Assembly (NCBI GenBank): GCA_001179505.1
Contig: CDMY01000431.1
Span: 13,874-77,873 of the forward strand
Direction of reading: 5' to 3'
DNA: 64,000 bases
Source of the DNA: Vitrella brassicaformis CCMP3155
Taxonomy: Eukaryota > Protista > Chromerida
The position numbers and the translations under genes are program-made. Position 1 is the first letter of the stretch. Every line of letters starts with the position of its first letter. Under the pieces are notes generated by a model that saw only the letters and a list, made by a program, of their open reading frames with translations, had not been told where the DNA came from and ran no database searches. Shown one piece after another: positions 52,298 through 64,000 of this stretch.

Positions 52298-52597
52298 NNN
52301 NNNNNNNNNNNNNNNNNNNNNNNNNNNNNNNNNNNNNNNNNNNNNNNNNNNNNNNNNNNNNNNNNNNNNNNNNNNNNNNNNNNNNNNNNNNNNNNNNNNN
52401 NNNNNNNNNNNNNNNNNNNNNNNNNNNNNNNNNNNNNNNNNNNNNNNNNNNNNNNNNNNNNNNNNNNNNNNNNNNNNNNNNNNNNNNNNNNNNNNNNNNN
52501 NNNNNNNNNNNNNNNNNNNNNNNNNNNNNNNNNNNNNNNNNNNNNNNNNNNNNNNNNNNNNNNNNNNNNNNNNNNNNNNNNNNNNNNNNNNNNNNNN
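52298..52597. other. Assembly gap (300 N)
   Basis: Run of N flanked by G-rich sequence. Confidence 1.
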
Positions 52598-53055
52598 GGA
52601 GGGGGGGGGGGGGGATGGGGGGACGCTTATGACCACAGACAGATTTGTTGAATGTCCGGCGCAATGTGAATCATCAACTGATCAATCGCAGTATCTCTCC
52701 TCCGCTTGGTTGATGTCACGTCATGTCTCTGAATGTGTGTGTCTCTATACATCCATCTATCCATAAAGGCAATTGGCAGCCAGCCAGACGGACGCACATC
52801 AGTACGGGAAAAACATAAGGAAGACATCCGTGTGCCCACATCAAGACGAGAAAAGAAATATGACGAAAGTCAAGCGTATCCAGCCAGCCAGCCAGACAGC
52901 CAACCAGACAGCCAGACATCCAAACTAAAGGGCACCGCTTTTTCAGGACGGCAAAGCACACGCCGGCACACTCATGGATGTGTGTGAGTGTATATCGATA
53001 TTGCGTGCGGGCCTGTCCATCCATCCATCGCATCTATCGTATGTAGGTAAGCTGG

Positions 53056-54240
53056 CTACAAATCCCCTTTGTAGACTGTTGTTGCTTTGTTCATGGCTTT
53101 GATCATGTCTTTGATTGCGTCGGGGTCGACGTAACAATGCATCCCGGACAGGTCGTATGTCCCCGTGATGATGGCGTCGCCAATGGAGATGCCAAAAAAC
53201 TGCGCCGCTGACGGGAGACAGGCAGACACACAGGCAGCACAAAGAGACGAGTGGATACCTGTGCGCGGCATTGTCCCTCTCTCCTTCTGTCAACCTTCAA
53301 GTGTGGGGGCCTTCCGGCACTGAATGACAGGATGGACACGCACATACGACAGGACCGTACACACACATGACAGGACCGTACACATGATGGACACACGTCG
53401 GCTTGCTTACGATTTCGTCGGCAATGCCCTTGCTGAAGCAGAGGCCGGCATGGGGCTTGAGTTCCTGACGCCGTGCCGTTCCTTTAAAGTAGTAGGTTTT
53501 CCAAGCACGCCCCGTCTTCTCGGCCACGCACACGTGGGTGACCTGGCCGTCCTCTGCGAGTGGGCAGCCGCCCACCCTGTAGTCCCACGCTTTCGTCATG
53601 TAGACTGTGCAAGTGATATCCCTGCCTGCATGACGCCAGCCAGAAGGAAAAACACAGATAGATGGACGGATGGATGGATGGATGGAGAAATGGGTGGATG
53701 GTCCTGAGATGCGCACCATTACTAGGCTGACGTGCGAGGGCGCTGTCGAGGGATTCAACGGCAGCGACGCTGATCTCGTGGGCGGCGGTGGAGAGTTGGT
53801 GGGCGTGGTCGAGCTGCTGCTGGATGAACGCTAACTCTGCAATGCCATACACACAAATGCATTCATTGATTGTGTTGTGTTGCTCTCGCGTACTTACCCT
53901 GGGAAGCCGCTTCCGTGCTGTCGGTCTTATCAGCCGACTTGAGGGCCAGAAAGCGCGTCGGCGACACTGCATGCAGCCATCATCCACACACATCAGCTGC
54001 ATCGCATGGTGTTGTGTTGTCGGTTGCTAACGTACCATCAGCAGCGCTTTGTGTGTTGGAGGGAATCGCTGCGGCCATGAGACCGACAGCCAGCAGCGCC
54101 ATACACAGCACCAACGGCATCTTCTTACGAGCAGACACCACCGTCGGACTCCCTTATCGTTGCCTGCGGGCGAAACAACAAGGAACACATCTCGCCTTTT
54201 TGAGCTGCGAGCTGTCGATCTGGGGCAAGGTGAATTTCTG
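53056..54240 (-). CDS. Multi-exon gene of unknown function (5' end uncertain)
   Basis: Exons IAELAFIQQQLDHAHQLS; GRDITCTVYMTKAWDYRVGGCPL...WKTYYFKG; AQFFGISIGDAIITGTYDLSGMHCYVDPDAIKDMIK-stop. Confidence 0.5.
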
Positions 54241-54263
54241 GGGCTAAAAGACCGCTTTCTCAA

Positions 54264-54375
54264 CCAAAAAGATGGCTTCTTGCCCAAAAAGATGACTCGC
54301 CATTGCAAAAAGATAGATCATCCATCCAAAAAGACAGTTCTTGACCAAAAAAGAACAGCTTCTTGACCAACAAAC
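54264..54375 (+). repeat. Degenerate ~20.5-bp tandem repeat with phased A-tracts
   Basis: CAAAAAG cores with A-tracts starting at 54266, 54286, 54307, 54328 and 54347. Confidence 0.75.
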
Positions 54376-54941
54376 CAAGGAGCCAAGTTGCTGCCGAAAG
54401 ATGGCCTTCTCATGCAGCCTGACAGCATTCTGAGGCACAATGCATTGACAGCCTTTTGACCAGCCTGACAGCTGCTCGGCCACAATCACACCTTTGCAAA
54501 TTAGAATGACGAGTGTTTGACCATGAAGCCAACTTCTGCCCACGCAACATCATTGTCGCACAAACACAAACACAAACACACACACACATATCCATACCCA
54601 GGGGCATCACTTATGTGCACTCTACATGTCAAGGACTCATGATCCATGACGGGCTCGGGTTACATTTGGCATGGATGGAAGGATGGATGGATGGATGGAA
54701 GCCCATTGGAAAAATGGATGTTGGCTTCTTGCTTGGGGACGCACACCTTACTTTCGTTTCGCGTGTCTCGTGACAGTTCACAAATCATTCAGGCGACAAT
54801 CGGCCGATGAATGAAAAAACTGTCAATCACTGCGCTACATGCACACATACGAGTCACTGTCTGTCTCTCTCCGCTCTACTCGCTCGCACCTCATAGAGAG
54901 GTGTGCCACCAAACCCCCCACCCACCTCATACTGATTGTGT

Positions 54942-55432
54942 CTAGTCGTCAACACCATCCCAGTCCTCCCCGAAAGCATCACCAGGGTACTCATCTCCGT
55001 GCGCCTCGATGTAATCTTCCTCATCCCACAACCGCCGAATCTCTTCCTGGCGCTCCTGCTCGTACTCTTCCTGGCGCTCCTGCTCCTGGCGCTCTTGCTC
55101 GTCCTGTGCCTGCTGCTGCTCGATGTAGTCGTCCATCTCGTTGCGTGCGGTCGCCTGGTATGCCTCGTGACCTTCTTCGGGCGGATCGTCATAGTTGTCT
55201 TCACCCCACTGCCCACCCTCTTGCCAGCTGCCGTCGTCGGCTGCGTCGCCAAATGGGTCATCCTGGTCGTGCCAGTCGCCCTCGACATAGCCATCGTCCC
55301 ACCCCTGATACAGACAGACAGACAGACAGATACGCATAGATGTGTGTGAGTGGGTGGTTTTGGGTACCTCCTCAGGAGCATCCTCGTGTAAACCTGACCC
55401 TCCAGCGACCACCTGGGCTTTGGCGGCCTACA

Positions 55433-55468
<36 letters not shown>

Positions 55469-58120
55469 CACACACACAGAGATACACATGTGTGTGTGTG
55501 TGTTCAGGTCATGTGTGTGCGTACCTGCCCATGGTCCTGAGCTTTCTCCTCCTCATCGTATTGGTCTTGTTCATCGTCATGCCCCTCATACCCTTCATTG
55601 AAGGGATCTCCATCCTGCACACACGACACACACACTCACGGGTCAAGCATGTGTGGACGGTGGATGGTGCTAATAGCTACTGACTGACTGACTGACGTCA
55701 TAGTAGTTGTCGTCGCCCCAGTCCATCGAGTCCTCCTCACCCATACTGAAGTCATCGATGTCCTGACACCCCACCCCACAGACAGACACCGACGGATGCA
55801 CACCTGTCTGTCTGTCTGTCTGTAGGGTGGCCTACCTGTTACGCATACATGCAGTGGTGCCAGACGGTGTACTGCCTACGTACTAGGTCGTCGCTGTCCT
55901 CATCGAAACCATCGTCGTCGATGTCATCGTCATCGAATTCACTGTCAGTGTCGAAGCCTTCGGGGGGCTGCAACGGGCCGTCTGCACACACACACGCAGA
56001 GAGAGGGAGGGAGATGTACACTGTGTGAAGGGGGGAGGGGGAAAGTACACACACACTGCCTCTCTCTCTCCCTCTGTGTGTGTGTGTGCGTGTGTGTGTG
56101 CCTGTGTGTGCTGACCGATTTGTGGGTCGTCCGTGTTTGTCAGCTGCGTCAGGTCGAAGCGGAAGTCGCTCGGCTCGTAGCCCAGGACGATGCGCACACG
56201 CTCGCCCGGCGAGTGGAGGCCAAACGCAGGATACAGGAGGCGGTCGTGGGGATGGCTGTCGGCCGCCTGAAGAGTGAAGGCATCACACCACACCAGGCAC
56301 CCGTGTCTATGGGCTATGTCTGCTGGGGCTGGCTACATTGAGCTGGACGCATCGGACATTCTGGAAGCCGACACCTGACACACAACACAGACAGACAGGG
56401 AGACAGACAGGGTACTGGTTTGTGTCGATTGTGTGTGGGCGTCACGTCTAACAGGCGTGTGTGGGCACCGCACCGAGGATTTCTCCGTTTTTGGTGAAAA
56501 AGATCTTCCTCTGTCTCCTGAGCAGACCGCAGCCGATCACCGTACCCGACGGCCACCTGTGGATGCAGTGCCACATCCATCCATCAGACGCAGAGAGAGA
56601 TGAATGGGTAAGCAAGCATTCTTACGGATGGTTCTCGTCCCAGCCAATGCCGTGGCCTGCACACACACCCCACACACACACATACACACACACACATACC
56701 TCCGTCTGTCCGTCCGTCCCTCCCTCCCTCCCTCCCTCCGTGTGTGTGTGTGTGCGCGTGTCTGCACCAGCGTCGTGGAAGAGTTTGCCGTCGTCTCCGT
56801 GATAACCGTAGCTAAACGCGTCCCATCCCACCTGCCTGCAAACCAACAAACAAGACAAGGCTGTGTCTCTCCATCCATCCATCTACGAGTTGGCGTCGCG
56901 TCCAGACCTTGCAGTGTTATAGTCAGGCGGCACCACCCCGACAGAGATTCTGCACTGCTGGCCCGCATCCACAATCTCCACCTCAAAGTAGCACACGTTG
57001 GCGGTAACCGGCCAGGGGTCACTCGTGTGCAGCACCGCTACCGGCAGACCACCGCCTGCCGGCCTGCTCACACACACACACACACACGCACGCACACACA
57101 CACAGAGAGAAAGAGAGAGAGATGCACGGAGAATAGTTGTGTGTGCCTTGTGTGTGGGACGTACCTGTTGGCCGGAGGGATGTAGTCGTACTCGAAGGGG
57201 CCGTGAGATCGCAGAGTGGCTGGCAACCTTCACACATCGACACACAGGGAGAGAGGGAGCACACTCCCGTCCATGTGTGTGTGTGTGTGTGGAGATCGCC
57301 TGCCTACGTGCTGTGCATGGTGTGTGGACGCCCCTCGACTATCATGCGCTTGTAGATGGCCTTCCGGCTGCTGCTGGCAGGGAACTACACACACACACAC
57401 GCACACACACACAGAGAGAGAGAGAGAGATGTATCTAAACCCACACAGACACACCCACACAGACGCACGTTGCGAGGACCTGTGTGTCTGCCTGGAACGG
57501 AAACTTCCTATTGCACAGAGGGTTCCACACGACATTATGCTCAGACATTGCCTTGAACGAACTTGACACCTAACACACACACACACACACACACGAACAA
57601 ACAAAGAAACCGATCCGATCCACGCCTGGCTTATCCATCCATCCATCCATCCATGCCGCATCTTTCATTCTCATTTGCCCCCCACCATGGCGCATTTCGC
57701 CAATGTCCGATCGCCGCACATCTGCAGTGAAAGCATTCACATAATAGATAGGCAAAGGCTGCCGCGTGTGTCAGTCATGTCAGTCAGATGTGTGTGAGCA
57801 AGCCTTCGCAGCAGCTGACTGACCTTGAACACATCGCTCCAGACGGCGTGCTCGTCACTTGCACCACCACCAGCAGCACTCTCACTGTCACCGACAGCCA
57901 TTGGCTGTGCTACGGCGGCCCCGTCAGACGCACCGGCACCACCAGCAGCGGCGGCGGGTGGGCCATTGGCAGCAGCGGGAGCGTCCTCCATTGGTTGGTC
58001 GTGTGTCGTCACGGTGTCGCTCATCGGTCCATCACCCCAACAGACAGTCGCCTGATGGAACGAAACACCAGGACACACATCCATCGGATTGAATGCATCA
58101 GAGTGCTGCTGGTGCCACAT
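54942..58120 (-). CDS. SPRY-domain protein (RanBP9/10/Ssh4-like) with a long acidic, Trp/Gly-rich tail; 5' end uncertain
   Basis: VCYFEVEIVDAGQQCRISVG; FSYGYHGDDGKLFH; GTVIGCG..RKIFFTKNGEILG; LYPAFGLHSPGERVRIVLG; tail GWDDGYVEGDWHDQDDPF...DWDGVDD-stop. Confidence 0.85.
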
Positions 58121-58619
58121 TCAGTACCTGTGTTGTCACAGCAATCAACTTGCGTCCGAGCAACGCAGCATAACAGAACCTGGTGAGCACGAAAAGAAAT
58201 ACATACAGTCGTGTGTCCGAGTGGATGCGTGTGAGGCCGTCAGGGGTGATGCCTACCTGCGCGTGCTTCCTTCAGTTCACTGCGAGATTAGCTCGCAGCC
58301 CTCTGCGAGCTCCGCCTTTTTTCCTGACTTCGTGAGCCATCTCCTGGCCTACGCTGGGCACGCTCCTGACCGGCCGTGCCACTTACGCCAGACGATAGCC
58401 ATAGGTGGTAATTTTCCCGCACACACGAGCTGCGAGAGGTATGTGGGCAGGCCAGCAGGCAGCAAGGACACACAGGGCGCCACAGTGTGTGTGTGTGGTG
58501 TGTGGTGTGTGGTGTGTGGTGTGTGGTGTGTGTGCAGGTTGGAGGCGAGGGATGCGTTGATTTGGGCGGCGCACCACCGCACAGACGCCACGCAACTCAC
58601 TCTCTCCCCCAGACCCGGG

Positions 58620-60453
58620 ATGATGTCTGCTGTCCTCAATAGCACCGACGGCACAAAGGGTGAGCGCTCCTGCAGACAGACAGACAGACAGACAGGCGAG
58701 GAGAGAGAGGGGCGCAGCTGCCCACACCCACACATCCATCTGTGTGTGTGTGCGTGTGTGCAGGTTGTGTTGAGAGGGAGGATGCCGCCACCAGCGGGTG
58801 CCATGACGAGTTCGACGACAACTTCGAGCCTGGTCTGTTCCTCTGCCGCGACTACGTGTGCTATGAGTTCTCATTCGACCAGTACGGCGTCAAGCAGCGG
58901 CTCATGTCCCTACCATCCAAACAGACGGACTACGACCTCACGTCAGCAGAGCAGCATACACACAGACAGACAGACAGACAGGCACAAGGACAGAGCGCTG
59001 TCTGATGTTTCTGATTGGTATTCTGATTGTTTCTTTCTGCTGTCTGTCTGGTGGTGTGAGTGCAGGGGCCAGATAATATGGCCCGCCTCGCACACGATGT
59101 GCTATATGATACTGGCCGTAAGGGTGCACTCACTGCACAGACGACACCACACGAAACGCAGCCAACCTCCACACATGGATGGATGGATGGCCGCTCCCTG
59201 CCTGTCTGTGTCTGTCCGTGTGTGCAGAATAGCCATCTGTTCAACTCGAGGAGGGTGCTGGAGCTGGGTGCCGGGGCGGGGCTGCCCGGCCTGTTGGCCA
59301 CACGATTCGCTAAAGAGGTAGGCATGAGCGAATGAGTGGATGATGGACAAACCTATGAGAGTGTGTGTGTGTGTGTCAGGTTGTGCTGACTGACGGTCAG
59401 GAGGAGATCATTCCCCTGCTCAACCTCAATGCAACCACATACGCCTACACAGGTGGGTAGGTGTGTGGGGGGTGGTTGAGTGGTCGCACTGCCCTCATCC
59501 TTGTTTATGTGTCTCTCTCTCCGTGTGTGTGTGTGTGCAGAGCAGCGGACAGAGAGGGGCAGCTCGACCGGCTCGCCATCAAGGTCGACGTCATCGGCCG
59601 CACCACGTGAGCACACAGACACGCGCACACTCAGAGAGAGAGAGAGAGAGACAAAGATGACTTGACCATCTTAAGGCAGGCCATCCATCCATCCATCCAT
59701 GTGTGTGTCGATTGCCTGACTGACAGGCCCCCCCTGCGCCGTGCACGTGCTGCCGCTGCAGTGGGGCTACAAGACTGCCGTCAAGGCGGTCAGGCCGCTG
59801 CAGCCCAAAAGCTTCGATGTCGTCATGGGCTCTGACATTGTCTTCTGGTCAGTGACTGAGTAGACGGACAGACAGACAGACAGACAGGGATGGCAAACGA
59901 GCTGTGGTGCGCTGTGTGGCTTTTGAAGGCCCGAAGCGATCCGTCCGTTGCTCGAGACTATAGAATACTTCCTCAGCGCAAATGTACCCAACACACACTC
60001 ACACAGAGAGAGAGAGAGAGAGTGACTGACCTGTAGATGTGGTGTGTGTGTGCGTGTGTGTGTGTGTATCAGGGTGTGGCGATCATCTCGTACATCAACC
60101 GGTGCGACCTGGTCCACCGGCAGTTCTTTGACATGCTCGCCGACTTCGGCTTCATCGCCGAACACGTCTGCATGTCCACATTCCTACCGGAGCACTTCCC
60201 CGTCTCCCCACACGCATACCTTCTCAAGGTACCCCACCCACCCACACACAGAGAGAGAGGGCGTCTTACACCATCGTGAGTCCCCACAAGCGATTGTGTG
60301 TGTGTGTAGATAACTCGGCGTGTGGGCGTGTCCCCTCGTCCGAAGATCGGCAAGAAGGGCTCGTTGAAGCAGAACCGGTCGATCGACGGCATCGCCAGCT
60401 ATGCCAACAGGCAGATCTCTAACAGCGGCAGACACAGAATGGGACTCGAGTGA
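58620..60453 (+). CDS. Seven-beta-strand protein methyltransferase, METTL21/EEF2KMT (Methyltransf_16) family
   Basis: DYDLT|GQIIWPAS; RVLELGAGAGLPGL (motif I); VVLTDGQEEIIPLL; FDVVMGSDIVFW (motif II, DxxY-like); last exon 60310-60453 in frame. Confidence 0.88.
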
Positions 60454-60579
60454 CTGGAGTGACGGAATGGGTGGTCACGGCATGAGGATAGATGTATTTA
60501 TAGGGTAAACTGGCTGGGGGGCTGGGTCGGGTCGATATATGGGGAGAGGGGGACCCCTCACGCGGGTGTGGTGTGGGGT

Positions 60580-60730
60580 GGTGGACTCACTCACGTGTGA
60601 GTGTATATTCTGTCTGTCTGTCTGTCTGTCTGAGCGTCTGTCTGTCTGTGTCTTGGTGGTGGACTCACTCACGTGTGAGTGTATATTCTGTCTGTCTGTC
60701 TGTCTGAGCGTCTGTCTGTCTGTCTGTGTC
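60580..60730. repeat. ~78-bp tandem duplication containing a GTCT microsatellite and the hairpin cactcac-gt-gtgagtg
   Basis: ggactcactcacgtgtgagtgtatattctgtctg at 60583 and 60661. Confidence 0.85.
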
Positions 60731-60958
60731 TTCCTTCTGTCTGTCTTGTTGTAAAGAAAGGAGGCCCCTCCCCCCTCCCCCTCCGGTGCACACTGTGTAT
60801 GTGTGTTGTGTTTAACTAACCACACATTATGATGCCCACCCCACCCCACCCCACTCAGCGTAGCGCTGACTGACTGACTGGCCTAAACTGTGCTGTCGGT
60901 GTGCCCTCTCCCTCTCCCTCTCTCCCTGTCTGTTCGTCTTTCTGTCTGTCCGTCTTTT

Positions 60959-60989
<31 letters not shown>

Positions 60990-61412
60990 GTGTCTGCATC
61001 ATGACACACGTGTGTATGATTTTTCTTCCACACACACCCCACCCCACTCCACCCCCTCCCCCACCCACCCACATCGATGTCCGTACAACGGCGAGCCAGC
61101 CAAGCCAAGCATCAAGGAGCCCACACACACACAAGACGTGTGTGCCTTCCTGGTGTTTGTTTGTCTGCCTGTCTGCACACGTGTGTGTGCATATGTGCGT
61201 GTGTGGGCGGGCGAGGCGAGGCGAAGCGGGGCGGGGCGAGGCGATTGCAGGGAGGGAGGGACGATGTAAGGCACTGGGGCGGTTTGATTTTTCTCTGCCT
61301 GTCTGTCTGCCTTGCCGTCTGTCTGTCTGTCTGTGTGATGTGACATGCCCTCCATGGCATGGAGGTGTGCGTGGTCTGCGTCTGCAAACTCACACGCAGA
61401 TCAGAGAGGGGG

Positions 61413-61563
61413 CCCAATCGGCCTCTCTCACCGTAGCCGGCCAGCTGTTTAAGTGTGTCTGTGTGTGTTGGTTGATATCTTGGCTGCCGCGTCGACACAC
61501 ACACATGAAGGCAGCCACTTCTCACTTTCTCTCTCTCTCTCTCTCTCTCTTGCGCTCTTCGTT
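61413..61563 (+). repeat. Dispersed repeat, copy of 25524-25678
   Basis: See the 25524 entry. Confidence 0.8.
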
Positions 61564-62297
61564 TTCTGACCACACACGCCGATCGATCGCTTTGGCACCG
61601 ACCGCTTCTCTGATGCCCGCACGCACGTCCATCGCACACCATGCCATACCATGCCACTCCACTCCACTTCATAGCACATCACAAGACCTCACACAGACAC
61701 GCGTTAGCGAGTTTCATTCATATGGACCGTTGGCTGGTTGTTTTCTCTGTCTGTCTGTCTGTCTGGGTGGGTCTTTCTCGTCCGTCCCTGCATCCATCCG
61801 CCCCCTTTCCAAACCATTTTAACCCACAGAAAGAGAGAGAAAGGAGAACCCGCACACGTGCACGATGGTCTTTTTTTCAGAGTGTGTGTGACGTGCCATT
61901 CTTTCGCGCCAAGACACGCACGCACACAGGTGTAGACATGTGTGTGTATGAGACGTGTGCCTGTGGGGGTCGATTGCCGGCTTTTTGTGATCCTGAGAGG
62001 GAGGGCGGGAGGGAGGGGAAAAGACCACAGGGAAGTTTTGCGTAAGATTGTGTGTGTGTGTGTGTGTGGTGGCCTATTGGCAGGCAGGCAACTGTGTATG
62101 TGTGTGTTGGTGTGCTGATGGTGATGTGTGTGTGTCAAAGCTGCGTGTGGTGACTGGTTGGCTGAGTGATCGACCGACCGACTTGGGACACACTGTTGGG
62201 TGACTGTTGGGTGGGGGGTGTGTGTGTGTGGACTTGTTGGCATGTCTGCGGCAACATTCATGAGTCTAATGTGATCAGGGTGTTAATTCTTTTGTGT

Positions 62298-64000
62298 CGT
62301 TGGTTGGTGACACACGCAATGACGGCAGCCTTCCTGGGTGGCTTTATCTACCTGGCAGAACAGTAGAGATGTCCACTGCCCTGGAAGCATCAGAGCCGGA
62401 AAGACCTTTCAAGCTTGCGGCGAGAATCTCGCGGCGAGATTCGATCTTGGCCGTCTCTCGTCTCGCGAGGATTTAAACATCGGGTCGTGCCAGTTCTTCT
62501 CCTGTTCTCATAGTTTCTCTCACTTCTCCCTCGTATCTTACTTCTGGTGGTGTGTTTGCCCACTCCGCGTTCTTTCTGCCCTGGGCCAGCTTTCCCCACA
62601 TTGATGGCCCCTCTCCTGCGTCAGCATCAGATGCCACAGCGATCCTCATGGACGTTTGAGGACCTACGAGTCATCGGCTCGGCCTATTCCCAGCGAGAGC
62701 CCATAGAGAGAGTGTGCGAGGCTTTCGAGATTTAATCTTCTTGGCGCCCCTTGAACGATATGGATCATGGTGACTTTCCTCTGATGAGGTCGACGTCTGC
62801 AGCCAATGGCTTGGGAATGGGGCTCCTGCCGCCCATCCTTGAACAGCAAAGGTAAGCAAAGAGAAAGAGCCAATTGGAAACAGCTACAGGAGCGAATGAC
62901 AGAAGCGTCCATAGGATACGGTAACTGCAGGGGCGACCTCAGAACACACGTCGCCCCGAATGCTCAATCACAAGAAGGCCCGCATTGCCTTTCGCTGGGA
63001 GGGCTCCACAGGGGGAAAGACGGAGTGTTTGGTATGTACGCAGTACAGACAGGCTGAGCCACCAGCAATTCCACCAGCGTGGTCTCGCCCTCTGTTTGTG
63101 TGCATGCAGCTGGCTGACATACACCATGGCGATGGGGGTCGCGGAGGCCTTCTTCCGCACTAACAGATGCATGTGTGTGTCACACACGCAGACAACAGAG
63201 AAATGAACACACGCGTCAACGAGTGCGTGTGTGTTCGTGTGTGCGTGTCAGGACATTGGTGAGGATCCTGGCTTTGGTCATTCGGTCAACGTACCGCTGA
63301 AAAACGGTTTCAACGACAGTGCCTTCATCGATCTCTTCACACACGTGTGCATTTGGCCATGTGTTAGGTCATAATGCATTTTGCTTGTGTCGATCCACTG
63401 GCGCCGCGCGAGTGACCTCCCCGCTCGCCGGCACTCACACGAGGATGATGAGGACATTCAGCCCCGCCTTCCAGCCCCATCCTCCCGGCGTCGTCGGTGT
63501 CCGCTTCCCCCCTTTCGTCCCGCCCGGAGGAGAGCCCGTGCGTCCCCTCCCCCCCTACGGCATCCAGGCGCCCCAGCCTGTGCGGCTCCCGCCACACTAC
63601 GCCCCTCTGCCGCGTGGACGGACGCCAACGAGGCACGGATATCCATCTGCGGGGGTCAGAGAGAAAGACCTGTTGATCTATGATGAGCATGGAAGATGCA
63701 TTTCACCCCTCCCCCCCTCCCCTTGCAGACTGGGCCTGGTCCCGCTTACGTGAATCTCCGCGGACGGGTGGGCGGAAGGAAATGAACAAAAGATCATGAA
63801 TTAATTGGTCCTTTGTTGTTCTTTCAATGCAGGAACAGCACGCATTCGTCCCGCCACCTGCACCGCCTGCTCTCGGGCCGCCGCCTATAAGCAAGCTACG
63901 CCCCTTGCCGCCGCCAACAGCACTTGACAAGTACAGAAGGAGGCGCTTGCAAACAAAACAAGCGCCGGAATGCGTGTGTTGACGTCTGACGGTCGTCTGT
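62298..64000 (+). repeat. Long inverted repeat, right copy (continues past the window end)
   Basis: Reverse complement of 41463-43237 with small indels. Confidence 0.92.
62953..63344 (+). pseudogene. Class I HDAC fragment, second copy
   Basis: LNHKKARIAFRW plus shifted GGLHRGK; LADIHHGDG(+1 G)VAEAFFRTN; exon 63252-63344 DIGEDPGFGHSVNVPLKNGFNDSAFIDLFTH; GFCHLND is deleted. Confidence 0.83.

Noticed and set aside
52298-52597. Biological feature at the N run
   Set aside because: Scaffolding gap of round length; gene models on either side are incomplete.
60460-62290. Numerous ORFs rich in VCVC, THTH, DRQT and LSVC
   Set aside because: Translations of (CA)n, (GACA)n and (GGAT)n microsatellites in intronic or intergenic DNA; the same applies throughout the window.
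41463-64000. Polinton/Maverick or other giant TIR transposon
   Set aside because: The interior holds ordinary intron-rich genes; no integrase, protein-primed polymerase, packaging ATPase or capsid ORF was recognised.

Overview
Intron-rich eukaryotic DNA, about 60% GC, with introns full of (CA)n, (GACA)n and (GGAT)n microsatellites. Intron style and gene families point to the chromerid alga Vitrella brassicaformis or a close relative (inference, not verified). No prokaryotic features, CRISPR, rRNA or tRNA were recognised. Layout: (1) 1-9.9 kb, two tandem minus-strand ankyrin-repeat genes alternating with RING-finger genes. (2) 10-30 kb, a mostly single-copy core: FAD monooxygenase (KMO-like), a large unknown gene, an 11-exon ER Hsp70 BiP ending in HDEL, a damaged RING gene, a coiled-coil protein and a degenerate tandem AAA ATPase. 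(3) 30.3-38.3 kb, an inverted copy of the ankyrin/RING array on the plus strand. (4) 40.3-43.2 kb and 62.3-64 kb, a repeat in inverted copies carrying intron-containing fragments of a class I histone deacetylase, with a ClpB/Hsp101 fragment in a third partial copy. (5) Between those copies: a small ubiquitin-like-header gene, a three-domain phosphagen-kinase-like protein with all catalytic motifs lost and an N-terminal RIIa/Dpy-30-like docking domain, two unknown genes around a 300-N gap, a SPRY protein with an acidic tail and a METTL21-type methyltransferase. Exon boundaries were read by eye; 5' ends of several genes are uncertain.
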